Shown here: positions 36,401 through 49,458 of the stretch, one piece after another
How positions within the stretch are numbered: the stretch's first letter is position 1
How the letters are laid out: every line of letters begins with the position of its first letter
Source: Catajapyx aquilonaris
Taxonomy: Eukaryota
Length of the DNA stretch: 64,000 nucleotides
Assembly (NCBI GenBank): GCA_000934665.2
Contig: JYFJ02000239.1
Coordinates: 1 to 64,000 of the forward strand
Direction: 5' to 3'
Translations under genes and position numbers: made by a program
The notes under the pieces: model-generated
Seen by the model: the letters and a program-made list of their open reading frames with translations, nothing else
What the model was told of the DNA's origin: nothing
Databases searched by the model: none

Positions 36401-39400
36401 AATTTTTATTTATTTATTCGTAGGTGCAAGTCGTGGCCAAGGTTATTAGAAACTGGAAAAGCAAAGATGGGGCCGCGACAGATAAGGTGAGTGTGAATGA
36501 ATATGTTTGTTTATTTATTTATTGGAGTTTGCTGCATGATTTGTTGCTTGCATGGCTGTGTGGTAATTGGAAGTGAAATTGTTCCGTCTTGTACTTGGTT
36601 ACATGGTTGAGTAACTCCCGTCAGAGCAAATAAAGAAAATGAGATCATTTTGAAAACTTCAGTCGACTTGAGGCCAAAATCACTCGCTCCTTTTTTTCAA
36701 ACAAAACAGTCACTAAATTTTTTTAAAAAAACACGGTTCATTTGCAGAATGTACCGCTGAATGCAACCTGCGCAATACTCCTCCCAGGCATTTACTAAAG
36801 AGCACTACAGTGGATTACAAACCACACTCAGTGGCAGGCATGCTTTCAATTCTGCAGAGCACATCGTTTGTAACCTGCAGGTGCATTTTAACTCTGACCT
36901 TTCTATCATGCAAAGTGGTGGTCATATACTCTGAAGATGTGCCGAGGTGTATCGACCAAATAGCGTGTCTGGAAAGATCGAAGAAAGTATCATGTGAATA
37001 ATTAATGCAGCAGAAGAAATCTCTCTTCGAGAACAGAGTCCTTAATTTGACCACGCCAAGGGGAAACACATTGATTTTTTCTGCACGGTTTGCGTTGGCG
37101 GATTTTCAGAGTGTGCAAATACCCGGCAGAATCCGGCGGGGGCGTTGGGTGGACATATATTGTTGGAAAGGGGCAGCTTTAAGCGACGAACGAGCCCGGT
37201 AATTGTGTTGAATCAAAAGCAATTCTCCAACAAGGTGCTAATTGCAGAGGCGAGTTTAACTAACCGTCCAGAGTGACTCGAGCATAAAGTTTGCTAACGT
37301 TTCAGTTACACCGAATTGAAATGAAATTTAAAACGCACACGAGCATCACACGAACCCGTAAATTCATGCACATGGTACTTAACGCAAGGGGGTTCACCAC
37401 ACGTAATTAACTCGAAATGTACCAGCTCGTAAAATATACACCTGCTTGACATGGTTATTGCAATGGGTGGCTTTGCAAGGTCACTGAAGCAATAACAGAT
37501 GGCGAGAGGGGCGCACGACACTACCGCCATCTCTTGTGTAACTCACCGTATTAATTATGAAATTGGTTTTCGCTTAAGGTGGTCAATCAAATTGCATATT
37601 TGAGCGATATTCGACGTTTTAATCACATTATTATTTGTAGTTCAAATTTTTTAGAGTATAACTAGCAGTATAGCAGTCGATATAGGGAGAGTTCCATTGT
37701 TTGGAGCCAACACAGCAGGCTTCTCAGGTTGTCTGATTATTGAGTGAATACAATGTTTGAATGAAACAATGTCGCAAAAAAAATTGCGGATGTGACCTAC
37801 ACCCTGTGCTTGCACATTCAAATGCGAACAGGTATTGCATTGCAGGAAGTAACAATCATCAACCGAAATGACCGTGTGAACACAAACACCAGCATGCTGG
37901 TTTAGCACTGCATAAAATTCAAATCCAGCCCGAACCAGATCATCCTCTGATTGAATCATCATAATTCGTTGATCTGAATCAGATCAGACTTTGGCTGAAC
38001 TGTGCGGCCTGTTTGCGGAAACTCTTTGTGCGCGGATTAACGGTATACCGCAGATCAGATCTAACTGTTCATGTGTATATGTATGTGATGCGTGAGGAAA
38101 GGTCATGAGCTTGATTTCCTTTTTCGCTGATACACATCCCGCTCATTGACAAGGTTCAAGTGGACATCCGGTTACACGATATAGTGTATAATAGCGAGGT
38201 TGTGGGACGGCTAGAAAAATAATCGCATTCGCTCCAGAGGGGTTGGGAGTGATTGATCGTGCAAATAATTGAAGGCGGGTGGGTGTGTAATACAAAGGGG
38301 CGTTAATCCCGTTTGTTTTCGCACCGTTGCTTGAATACATTTTGACTGGACTGCGTTACCTCTAGAGTGGAAAACAGGGCAGGATAGCGAAAAAAAACTG
38401 TTATTCTGCTGAGAGACTAAACTGCGTAGAATTTTTCTGCCAACTACGCACGTGCATTAATGTCATTACAGCCGGATTAGCTCGAAACCCTAATGCTAAG
38501 TTATTGCATATGCAGGATTAAGCAACTGTAATTCAGTAATGAATCCTAGATCCCAAGCGACTTAATTCACCACTCAAGTTAACATGGAGCACAAAGCGCA
38601 TTAGGAGTAACTACCCAGCGAAATATGTAGGACACGCGCTTATTCATTACATGCGACAGTGCGGGCTCAGAAGCGCATTAAGTTCAAAACTACATTTTCG
38701 CGAAACAAATCCTTCCGTTCACTATAAGAGCATTAGACCTACTCGACTTATAGTCGAAAAATGGCTATCACTCGCTATTTAATCCTCTTATTGCCAATAC
38801 AGCTCGGAATCAAAACAACATCGTACTTTCAGATATATTTTTTTGCGAAATTCGGCCACTGACTGTCTCTTACTTGCATGCGCGCGAATATTGTAGATGG
38901 CAGTCGGGTATTGATGGGGGGGGGGGGGGGGGGNGGTAGAGTTGGGGGGGATGGGAAAAGAGGGACGAGCCCAGTGCTATTGGTTCTCTCTAGTCGAGTC
39001 CACCGGCTGGTGGAGATAGGTCCAGGTTCTGGTTTTTTGCTGCTTGATTCACAATAGTCCCGTCGCCAGTTTCGCGAATATTTTGGCCAACACGTGCTGC
39101 CAAGGAAACCATTATGAAGGCTTGAAGGATACCTTTTGTTCAGGTGAGCTAGGTTGTTTTTTTCCCTTCGGGGAGGGGGGTGGTGGTCTGGGTAATGAGG
39201 TCGTGAACTTACCTGGGCAATTCAATTAGTTGTCTGGTATATGCCGGAAGATGTCAAATTTTTTGGGGGGTGGGATTGACCTGTCAACGCACATTTGCCG
39301 CAAAAAAAAACCCCCGCGCATCAATGAATTATGTATGGGTGCAATATGCATGAAATAATGAGTTTGTAATTGAATAAATTTCCACATACATTATCATACA

Positions 39401-42400
39401 TTTTCCTTCCCAGTATGTGATGCCTTTGCTAAGACCTGGTATCTGGGCATTACAATAGCCACTTTTCCGCATGGCAACTCCGGTACATTGCCCTTTTCAT
39501 TGCACACGAAGCCCACCTCAGTACAAGAAAAAAATAAAAAATTCGCTCCGCTATATTTATACAGTTTTACTTACAATTGGATTTTTTTTTGCAAGCGATT
39601 CGGTTCGTGGCTGCAGCAGATGGGCAATATATGTCTGCAGGGCCTCGGTATTTCCGGATATCCGGCAGCTGCTATTCCCGCTGGGTTGTGAGACCGGTTC
39701 GGAATTGCATTCGAGAGAAGTATGGCGTGCAAGTGCATGTATGTGGGTGCATACAAATTGCTCCGGCGAGACATTGTTGCGAGTCGTACATGCGGAAACT
39801 GTTATAAATGCGATATTTTTATCGGGAACCCACTGAATTTTGTATAATGTTCGATTGTGACTATTGCGAAAAAATAGCCTTTGAAAATGTGGTTATTTTA
39901 GCTGTCACGCTGTTGACAGCACGTGCTCACAGGTGAAATAATATATAGAAAAAGTTCATTTGTACTGTACAGTGCATGTACCGGGTGTTCCACAAATAGC
40001 AGCTGATATTAACTGACAGAGTTCATAAACATGAGCAGAATATGCTGTGAATGCAATATCAGAACGGAAAAAACAAGTTCATTGTGCAATGTGAACAGCA
40101 GCTATTATGCATAATTAATAGCCGCGTGATTAACATTTATGGCCGTATTGTAATTCTGTATCGTAATTGTGCATATAAAACGGTCAATTTATCAATATCG
40201 TGAGTTATGGCGCCCTAAAAGCCAATCTGAGTTTTTTTTTTTGGCAGGCTGGAAATTGCCAATTTGTGACACACACTATGTGCAGAAAATAGTGTCAGAA
40301 CCTCGTCACGACATCTGCGCTCCTATAGTAACGGATCGATCCAAATCTTTTGGGTATATCCTAAAATCGGTGTCCCGCAATTCCCCCGTGAGAGTTGAAG
40401 CCAGTTTCATTTCAGCCAGATTTTTAACTAACCTTCCTCTCTAGCTACTGATGCTGCGGAAAATAATGTAACAAAAGCCATGTTTTTCAGCCGGATTCTC
40501 ATATATACGGGTAACTTTTCCAGTTCGAAATGCGGTGTTAGCTCGTGTATTTTTTTCGTCCGTACCTCTAGGGACCACTCGGTGAATAATTACCTTCTGG
40601 CTGATTACCTTTTCCCTTCCTACCTTAGCTGAGCTTGCAGCATTTTTTTCCACATTCATTGCTCTCATCTGTCAAATAACACCGCGAACATGCCTTGATC
40701 TGTCTCCTGGAAAAAAAATATATATTGAGATAAAATGTTCACCTGGAAAAGTCCATTTCGGAATCATTTTTCTTCGTGTATATAGCTGTCGTTCCGGAAG
40801 TTCGTCAGGTTGTATAACCCCAAGAGATTTGCACACAAAAAAATTGGTTTGAGGTGGGTAGACTTGTCCAATAATTTCGTCTCCCGAGACTTATAACGTC
40901 ATTAGCGAAGCTTTCACCTAACGTGATAGTGAAGTTACTTAGGAAAGCCTTGCCAGGAGCTTAATGTTGGCAAATTACATGAAAGCGCTTCATTATTGTC
41001 GTAACGATCGATGTTTTCAATAAGTCTTTCAGTAAAACGAAATGATGCAGCAGCTGCTGCGGTGAGTACAATGCAATGGCCAGTGTAATGAACGCAAAAA
41101 AATTTACATTGTTCAGCAATCCCGCATTTCTGGAGGGGCATCGCTTGATAATGAAATTCCGCGTTTTCATGTCGGGTTATTTTTCTGCAAGACTGAAATA
41201 CCATGTTGCAAAAAAAAAATAGCATAATAGAGCAGCCTCCAAAAAACAGCTTCCAGCTTTTTTTTTTTTTTTGCGGATGAGTGCAGCCTATTATAAACCC
41301 AGGTTTTAATTATCCAGCATACGTACTGTGGGATATGTGCCGAGTACACACTGACTACTCTGGCTGCAAAAATATTAGCCCAGCACACACAATTTTGACC
41401 TGGGGGGTGGGGGGGGGGGTTCTTTCACTTTTGTTTAGTCTACTTGGTCCAGAATATAACTATGAAAGCATACTGTAATAACTCTTTGCTTTTACGATCC
41501 CTGCACTTGTATGATTCACATGAAAGGTTAGCTTGCCACATATGGATAATTCAAACACGAAATCGAGGTAAAATCATGCACGAACTACAAAGTGCAACAG
41601 TCGCTTGAGGCAAATTCTCATATTTCATGCAAAAACATGGTAAACAGCTCGAGCAAACTATGCTTTTTTCGACCCCCCACAGCAAGCAGTTACTTTCAAC
41701 TGCTATAACCTAATATTTTAACTAAAAACTGCTAAATTGTCGGCTCACCCTGTACAAGCGGTAATACCCGTCGACACGTCCCTAATCTACAGCAACGCCC
41801 ACGAAATTACCCTCAGAACCTCTCGAAACATCCGCCTGTCACATCCATCTACGTCCCAGCCATTCATCAACCCGCCCCAAAATTTTTGCTGAAATGCTCA
41901 GCCACGGTCCATTCATCTCTGTTTTTGCTTGTCTTCCCAGAACCCAGCCGACGGCGAACAGCATCAGTTGAAGCGGTTCGCCCAGCTCTGCGACTACAAC
42001 GTGTTCACGACCCTCAACGCCAAGAACCAGTTCCGGGCACCGACTGAGTTCGGCCTTTGCCTTAGGCCGGCCAGAGCCGAAGCTGGAGAGGACACCAGGG
42101 ATCTTCAATGCTTGGCCTGCGACTCCGAGAGGGCCAGGCTCTGTTGGATCACGGCCATGCGATTAGCCAAGGTACACATATTTTTATAGATAAGATTCAC
42201 TATGGCGGTGGGGCTTCGCCATTCGCGCGCCTTCGGCGCTTGGCATCTCCACCTTTTCGTACTACATATGGGATTGCTTCGAAGGAGTCGAGCCACAGCC
42301 AATCACTGCAATTGACGTCACTCATGAATTTCGATATGGCTGAAATCTCGATGCATATCAATGAGGGCGTCTCGATGCTGCAATGTGGCTTGTCCATATA

Positions 42401-45400
42401 CACAATGTATGGAGTCATTTGCATGGGGAGCGACAGAAAGTCGTGTTGGTTAATGGGATTTGATACAACATTGTATAAGGGGTATTTTTCTCGTTCTGGA
42501 AGGTCGTGCCAGCAACTTTTACGTAATTCCAGGTGTTGTTTCCTGGATTCCGATTGATCCGTTGGTGCGTCAACACCAGAATCGATCGTGTAGTTAGAGA
42601 CCGACCTTTAAGGGGATATAGAAAATGGAAATAGCCAAGGCCCGCCATATAAGAGAAGTTGCACAGGGTGTTCAGTTGGCGAACAGATTTTCGACAATTA
42701 CTTTGAAGAATTATCGATAATATTAGAATCTAATTAGAAGTATTGTTATCTGAACATATTTGGCACACTGTTATTAAAAATGTGCGTTTGTTCCACCTAA
42801 TATTAGGCAGATATTCGAATAATGAATGAGCAGCTTAGTGACAAATCTATTGCCAATTGCATCAACTTCTGTAACCGGCCGTAAAGTGACAAAAATCGGG
42901 CCATAAAGCGAATCACTGCATCAGGAGCTGTAAAAGTTTAGGAGCGATTATACGGCCAGTTAACTTTACCTCGCACAAATTCAAGGTCGAGCTTACTAAA
43001 AAGTCGAGTCCCGCAGGTCATGGGTTATAATTGCGTTAATGCGAGAGTGCGCATATTACGTCGTGTCATCAGGCCAGCTTCCTGTCCGTTGAGTCGAGCA
43101 TAAGAACCGGATTTCCCTCTGAAGACAGGTTCAAGGAGAAGGTGAATGCCCCGCATGAAATATTATAATATTTGTGTTTGCACTATAGAAATACGTAAAA
43201 TCACGAGCAAAATTTTGTATTCAAAGCATCCGCTTTAAAACCGGGTCCAGTTTGGCCGGACTATTGAAATGTCAAATTAGCGACATTTGTCAAACTACAA
43301 AGGACCCTTTGACGCGGGAATGATTTAAAGCTACGGGCGTTTATATGACAAAACGGGAGCTGACACAAAGGCTGCAAGGCAGAAATGTATGACAACAATC
43401 ACTGCAATAAGGCTTCTCGGAATGCGTAAATGACGGGAATTTTTCTATTCATGACCAACTTCCGCGTAACTAGACAGTGTAATATTTTTCTGAGTATACC
43501 TCTGACCTTTTAATTCTGAATTTTCTGCTGATGTCTAAAACTTGAATGGAGATTTTTTTTCTTTCTTTTTGTAAGGCTTTCCTTTGAAAAGTGCTGGGGT
43601 ATTGCTAAGATGGATTGGAAGCCCCAATATGGTCTGTAGGATTATACATTGATAGAGAAAAATGGGGAGTTGAGATCCTTGGGAGTTTGGAGACCACCTA
43701 CAGTTTTGAAAGGTTATGTAATTACGCGAGAAGCGGGCGTCCATAATGTACTTTTCGAAAGGTTCTTACTTTTCTCCGATGAAAAGGGTTGAGAGGAGAG
43801 GCTCTCCAATGACGATGATAGGGGAGGTATTAACTTGAGTAATACTTCGAAAAGCACTTTAACGAACAGAATCGATACTTCTTAATGCGTTCAAGGCCTT
43901 ATCACTCTAGTTATGGCAAGTATTTATCCATGAGATGGAAGTGTCGCAGGCTGTATGAGAAAGGACAATATTATTGATGCTAATTATATGAAGAGTTCAC
44001 CCTAGATGTTTTTCTGAGTCATTACAAAACACCTTGAATACCACGCAATGTGAGACAAGTGTTTTGGCAGCTCCTCCACATGTTTTTCAACCTGAAAATC
44101 ACTGCTATAGAGTAGAAGAGTGCTTTGAGTGCCTCTTTACTTCCTCCTTGACAGAGGGCGGACTTGTGGAACTCAGGATGCAGTTAACTCCATTTGCTCA
44201 ATTTCATGGCAGTGTATTACCAGTTTCCTTGGAAGAGCAGGTTTTGTTGAGATTACTAAACTTTTACCACACAATAGGGAAATGTTGGAGGGTTGCTGTG
44301 TGCACATTTATAGGTGGTGCTCTACTGTGGGCTGTAGTTGACCCTAAAATCACTTGTTCCAATTTTATAGATACATCCACATAAAAATAATGTGCAAAGC
44401 AAAATGTGTGAGACAATGTCAATAAATCAATATGTTGTGGCATTTTGATGTAAACTCTCCGGAAGCACTCCAGGATTTTACAACTTTTGATTGTGCAGGA
44501 TTGTACGGAACATTTTAAATTGTATTGTAAATAATGCTTGAATTTGTGATCCTTTACAATGAAGATATGTCTGGAAATGTAATTGATTAATTAGAACAAA
44601 AATGCTGTTAATTAAAATGCAACATGATAATTGTTACATGTCACTGCGCATACCATGAAATATGAATGACAACTACTTGAAAATAATTACAGTACACCCA
44701 GGAAGTCGTAATGTGGCTAACCTTGGGGCTGGATGGTAGAAATAGAGATTTTTGAGGAGCAAGCTTTTCCTACATCTGTACAAAGGTGTGGACTGGAAAG
44801 CCCAACCCATATAGAGAGGCCTATCATTTAAGAAGCTCCAAGGGCACGTAAAACGGGCAGATATTCATGGCTCCCCAAGGCACACAAGTCACGCTTCCTA
44901 CGCTGCACTTCCTGTGCCAAGGATGCAATTCTCTAATGGCTGCATCCCTCTTTCAGTATGGCAAACAACTGAGGGAGAGCTACAAATCATTCAAGGTGAA
45001 GCAGATGGAGTCGTTGAGCAACAGCCCAAAGGACTACAACAGCTACCAAGTGCCTAATGTGAGTGAGAAACTTAACAGGTACGCCATCAGCGAATATGTC
45101 AATTGACACTTGTGACTTTTACAGGAAAGCGTGCGATCGCGAGTGGCAATGGACTTCACTGGCAATGTGGGACGCATAGTGGAAGATCCAAAGGAAGCGA
45201 AGGCAATAGCAGTTGCAGAAGGTTACCAGTGGAAGCGGAGGTGGAGGCCTCACTTACGTACCGGCAGTTTGGTAGGAATGGCTGCCCAGGGGCTAGAGGC
45301 CGGCGTGCACACTGTTCAGCCTTGGTTCCACAGTGGAATGTCTCGAGATCAGGCAACCAGGCTGCTCACCAGGCATGGAACAGTCGATGGGTGAGTTTGT

Positions 45401-46008
45401 TACCTGCGATACAATTTGATGAGACATTGCTTGAAGAAGTGTTCACACACTACATTTAAGTATGTCTCCTACAATGTACAAAAACCATAATATCTAGGTC
45501 AAGCAAATATGCAAACGTTAACTTTCAGTCACTTTAAAGTGATACTTCAGTTTACTTTGACCTCGTCTTGCAAGCACTGCTGTATCATTATTCGTACCAG
45601 CATGCAATAAATTACTCTTTTCTCATCTCTTGACAGCGTCTTCCTGGTGAGAGAAAGTCGAAGCACCCCTGGAGCCTTCGTTCTTTCATTCGTGTCGGGA
45701 GGGAAAGTTCTCCACACGCAAATAGTCCCAGTGAGTGCCATTCTCTCCCTCCTTCAGTCCATATACCTCGGACAATATGAAATTAATTTTCCTGTCACTT
45801 TCAGGTTGTGGATCAAATGAGAGAGACGGTGTGCTACTCACTCGACGTGGCCAAGACCAAATTCTACGACCTGCTTCAGTTGGTGGAGTTCTACCAGCTG
45901 AATTCAGGCTGTCTACCTACCAGGCTAACCTACTACATAGTGCAGACTGCCACAGGACCATTTAATGCACACGGACACGATGACAGAGTTGTGCCGGCCA
46001 GCTTTTAA
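24419..46008 (+). CDS. Grb7/Grb10/Grb14-family adaptor (RA-PH-BPS-SH2), about 543 aa. Exons 24419-24467 (tentative first), 31476-31645, 31792-31951, 32660-32790, 33186-33410, 41941-42171, 44957-45058, 45125-45390, 45637-45730, 45805-46008
   Basis: RA: FFNDDGSFK...LCQLL..KNH...WTIVE...ERNLEDHE...KYEFFRNPQQFFP. PH: GYLWVRE...WRK.FF.L...LYYS...WITAMRLAKYGKQL. BPS: VAMDFTG..GRIVEDPKEA....EG..W. SH2: QPWFH...DGVFLVRES...KFYDLLQLVEFYQLNSGCLPTRL. All junctions GT-AG and phase-consistent. No one-to-one vertebrate ortholog can be named. Confidence 0.92.
34285..34361. repeat. 77-nt hairpin with a 30-bp stem (mini-MITE or pre-miRNA-like) in a Grb intron
   Basis: ATGTGAAGGGCTCGGGAGAAAAACATGTTA...TAACATGTTTTTCTCCCGAGTCCTTCACAT, with a single G-T pair. 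Confidence 0.85.
36424..36486 (+). CDS. Candidate cassette exon of the Grb-family gene (VQVVAKVIRNWKSKDGAATDK)
   Basis: TTTTTATTTATTTATTCGTAG|...AAG|GTGAGT; 63 nt, phase 0/0 like its host intron, no stop codon. Confidence 0.65.
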
Positions 46009-47538
46009 TGACCGGGCACTCTCTAGATGTGATTCATTCCAGTGGTTTTAATTTTATTGTGTTTTAATTTTATTTTGGAATGATGCCATTGCAGTATTGA
46101 TGTGAAGGATATGTGGATGTGACTGTAGCTTTCTTCTGTAGATACGTGAATATGCAATTCCAGCATTTCATCCTTGGCAATAACAGCTGGTTGCTTTCCT
46201 GCTAAATGTTGATTGAAGCAACACAGTTTTCATTTGTAAATAATCATGCAAATATGACAATGCAGGCCTAATGTCTGCTTAAAGTACACCATATTGTTAA
46301 CATGTTTTGTTGTGTTTGTGTGTTTTAGCTTGTGATGCCACAAAGTAAAGGAGAGCTGGCTGTCCACATAAATTATGAACAAATGGTACATCCATTTACC
46401 TTCACGTCGTCACGCAGTATTCACTTGCAAGTGACTCTAGAAGTATACCAAAACTGGAACTTTTTGCATCCGCAATGGAGATTTAACTTGCAATGTCCTC
46501 ACCATGAAGGGTAATATTATATTTATAACATTTGTGAAACTCTTACGGGTTTCCCTACACTGCAGGATGTGTTTCAATCACCTCCTCAAAAAGACGCAAC
46601 TAGAAAAGGTCCTATCCCGACGTGAGCTACCAAATCTAATATTCGTTACATATCACTTATTTAAATTTTTTTGTTGGCCAATACGTGATATGAACATTAA
46701 AAAAGTGTGTGATGGCAATGTGGAAAACGGTTTGGTCAAACGTGTACCTTGTGTATCTCTTTTGTACAGTGGTGATGAAGTACGTAAACAGTATTGTACT
46801 GGTCTTTGGTGCCAAAGTGCAGCAGGACACTTGAGTGGGCATTTTTTTTTTTCTCTCTCTCTAGCTATTTATGCATGGACAGGGTCAGAGCGGAACGCAG
46901 GGTACTAGTACCATCTGCTACGGAGATATTTATTTTTTGCAGCTAAATTATGTGAACTTTTTTCTTCTGTTAGGCTGGTAGTGTTATGCGTTGTAAGTCT
47001 AGTGCAGTGTTGGGAATGTCGTTAGTCGGCTCCTGATAGGGAGAATCTGTGGTTGAAGAGGATGTTGTTAACTTGGAATTTAATTGTTGTTCTTGACTCA
47101 GTATTATTAACTGAATGCTTGTAAATTATGGCGAGTTTCATTATGAATCTCTTTCAACCTACCCCCTGACAAACTTTTTTTCTGTACACACTTTTATCCT
47201 GTACACACATTTGTCATACAGATTAACTGGAAGTTGTATGTATTTTGCTACAGTCGTAGCAGCAGTGTAATACAGTCTGGTAGAAACTTTAACACATGAG
47301 ACATTTCATTACTTCTTTTACAGTCTGACATCAGTCATTGCTTTGTGTTATCTTTCTATATTACTAATTGAAATAGTTGGCCTACTTGTACTTATGAACA
47401 GGTTAGTCTATGCTAAGTAATACAACTACTGTACATCTAGAATTACTTCCATTTGCAGATAATAATTGAACCCATTTTCATTTGCTGTTTCAAGTCAACA
47501 CCTGACTCAGCCCCCTCAGACAAATATGATATACGGTA

Positions 47539-47809
47539 GTTTAATATAAAAGGCTCCGCTAGGCGGGGAACGTGGTGCTGGTGCGCCTCCACAGCTGGCT
47601 AGTGGGGGGTCAGTTCGGATTGGCCACCTTTGGAACCAACCCAAACCGTCCTTTCCTCAGAGGCCGTTCGCATGCGAACAACGCCTTCCGATGAAAGGAT
47701 GGTTTGGGTTGGTTCCGAAGGCGGACAATCCGAACCGACCCCCCACTAGCCAGCTGTGGAGGCGCACCAGCGCCACGTTCCCCGCCTAGTGGAGCCTTTT
47801 ACATTAAAC
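47539..47809. mobile_element. 271-bp near-perfect GC-rich palindrome (foldback MITE-like)
   Basis: Arms of about 125 bp (GTTTAATATAAAAGGCTCC...GGAGCCTTTTACATTAAAC), apex GTTCGCATGCGAAC, and TTAA just inside both ends. Confidence 0.9.
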
Positions 47810-49414
47810 AACCTTCAACACAGGGCTAGGCTGGATGTGTCAGGGGGCTGACTTGACTACAGCCAGCTACTTGCAGTATTTTACCTCTTAAAAACATGCT
47901 AATGTGCAGGAAAGATTCTAATTAAGGAAAAACTAGTTTTTGGAGCATGTGAACCATCAGAGGTTAAGTGAACATGGTGATGGGGTGACATGTCTGCTAC
48001 ATCATGAATAATGAATTTTCAGTAATGAATACCAAATTATTACTGTATATTTCTTCTGGAGCAAAGAAATCACATAGTTTTTCAATGAACTCTGGAACCT
48101 TTCAATGCCAGTTTTTTCTAACATTACCATGTATGTATCAAGAAACAGGCGTCCCTCTCTTAAAATAACTCTACAGGATTTAAAGCACCTTAGGAGAAGG
48201 TTACCACTATTGATCCAGACCTACTTCCCTATCAAGCCCTCAAGTTCATCTAATCTCTAACAAACTCTTCCGTTAAAGTTTAAATGCAACTGACTCAGGG
48301 AATTATGACACACAGTTAAATGACTATGGTTTGGCAATACAAAATTTCCTACAGAAAGATAACGAGAACTGGATGCGGAAGTTTACATTACTAGCATAGA
48401 CAGTGCTTGATGTTGAAATTGCTGATGATGTGAATAGCGTGAATTCCGTGAAAGCATCCACGTCTAATGGAGCTGAATTTAATTAATATGATTGGAACAC
48501 CCAAGTTATATTTCCCCCTGCCACTACACTAGGTCGAATGTTTAAGGTGGCTTCGTCTAGGTAGTAACAGATAAGACGGCCAACCTTTGCAATCTATGTA
48601 CACCTACTCATCTTCACAGTGCCCACCGCGGTGTCCACAGAAGAAACGACATGAAAGTGGAACAGTCAAAACTAAGGTACACTGTTCGACCGGCGCCGCC
48701 ATGATGGACCGCGTCCGAATCCGAATTCTCAATCTCATTAGTGCCAATCGCTGATTAACCTACCGTGGAATTATCTCATAAACCATGACGGATTTTGCTT
48801 CAGAGCAATTTTTAAAAATGGACCATCCCAACATGATTTGTATCTAATAAATGATATTAAATTTGGCAGGGATGTGGTGCATGTGGTGCATCGTCATGGC
48901 CGTGTCCGAAATGATGGTTTCCTTCTCAACGTCTTCTGCACATCGTGTCACGTTTCCATCAACTTTTAACCCGGATAACAATTAAGGCATAAAATTCTAA
49001 TGCAATTATCATGCATGAGTGAAGTGGATGTATATCATACCGAATTCCAACACTGCCAATACACACATTTTTCCCGAGGTTGTTACAATAAACGTGCTCA
49101 ACTATATACTGGCAACATTACGTGGCATGTGTGTTGTTAACTTTATTGTTATTGTTGGTTATTAATTTTTATTATACTTCCATACAAGTATGATAATATT
49201 ATATTATAATAATTGAGTGATTAAAATTGTTACTACTCCACGTACTTTTATATGTTTATGACGAGTTTTGGTCCACTACAAGTCCACTCGCCAGCTGCTC
49301 CCCATCTATGGCAATTCACATATGCCAGCAAAAGATATCCATTTCTGCCTAGTTTTTTTTTTTTTTACTGGTGACAATATTCGGATATGAGGTTGAGATT
49401 AATTCTTTTTAATA

Positions 49415-49455
<41 letters not shown>
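49415..49455. repeat. (TAA)n microsatellite
   Basis: About 13 consecutive AAT units. Confidence 0.95.
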
Positions 49456-49458
<3 letters not shown>

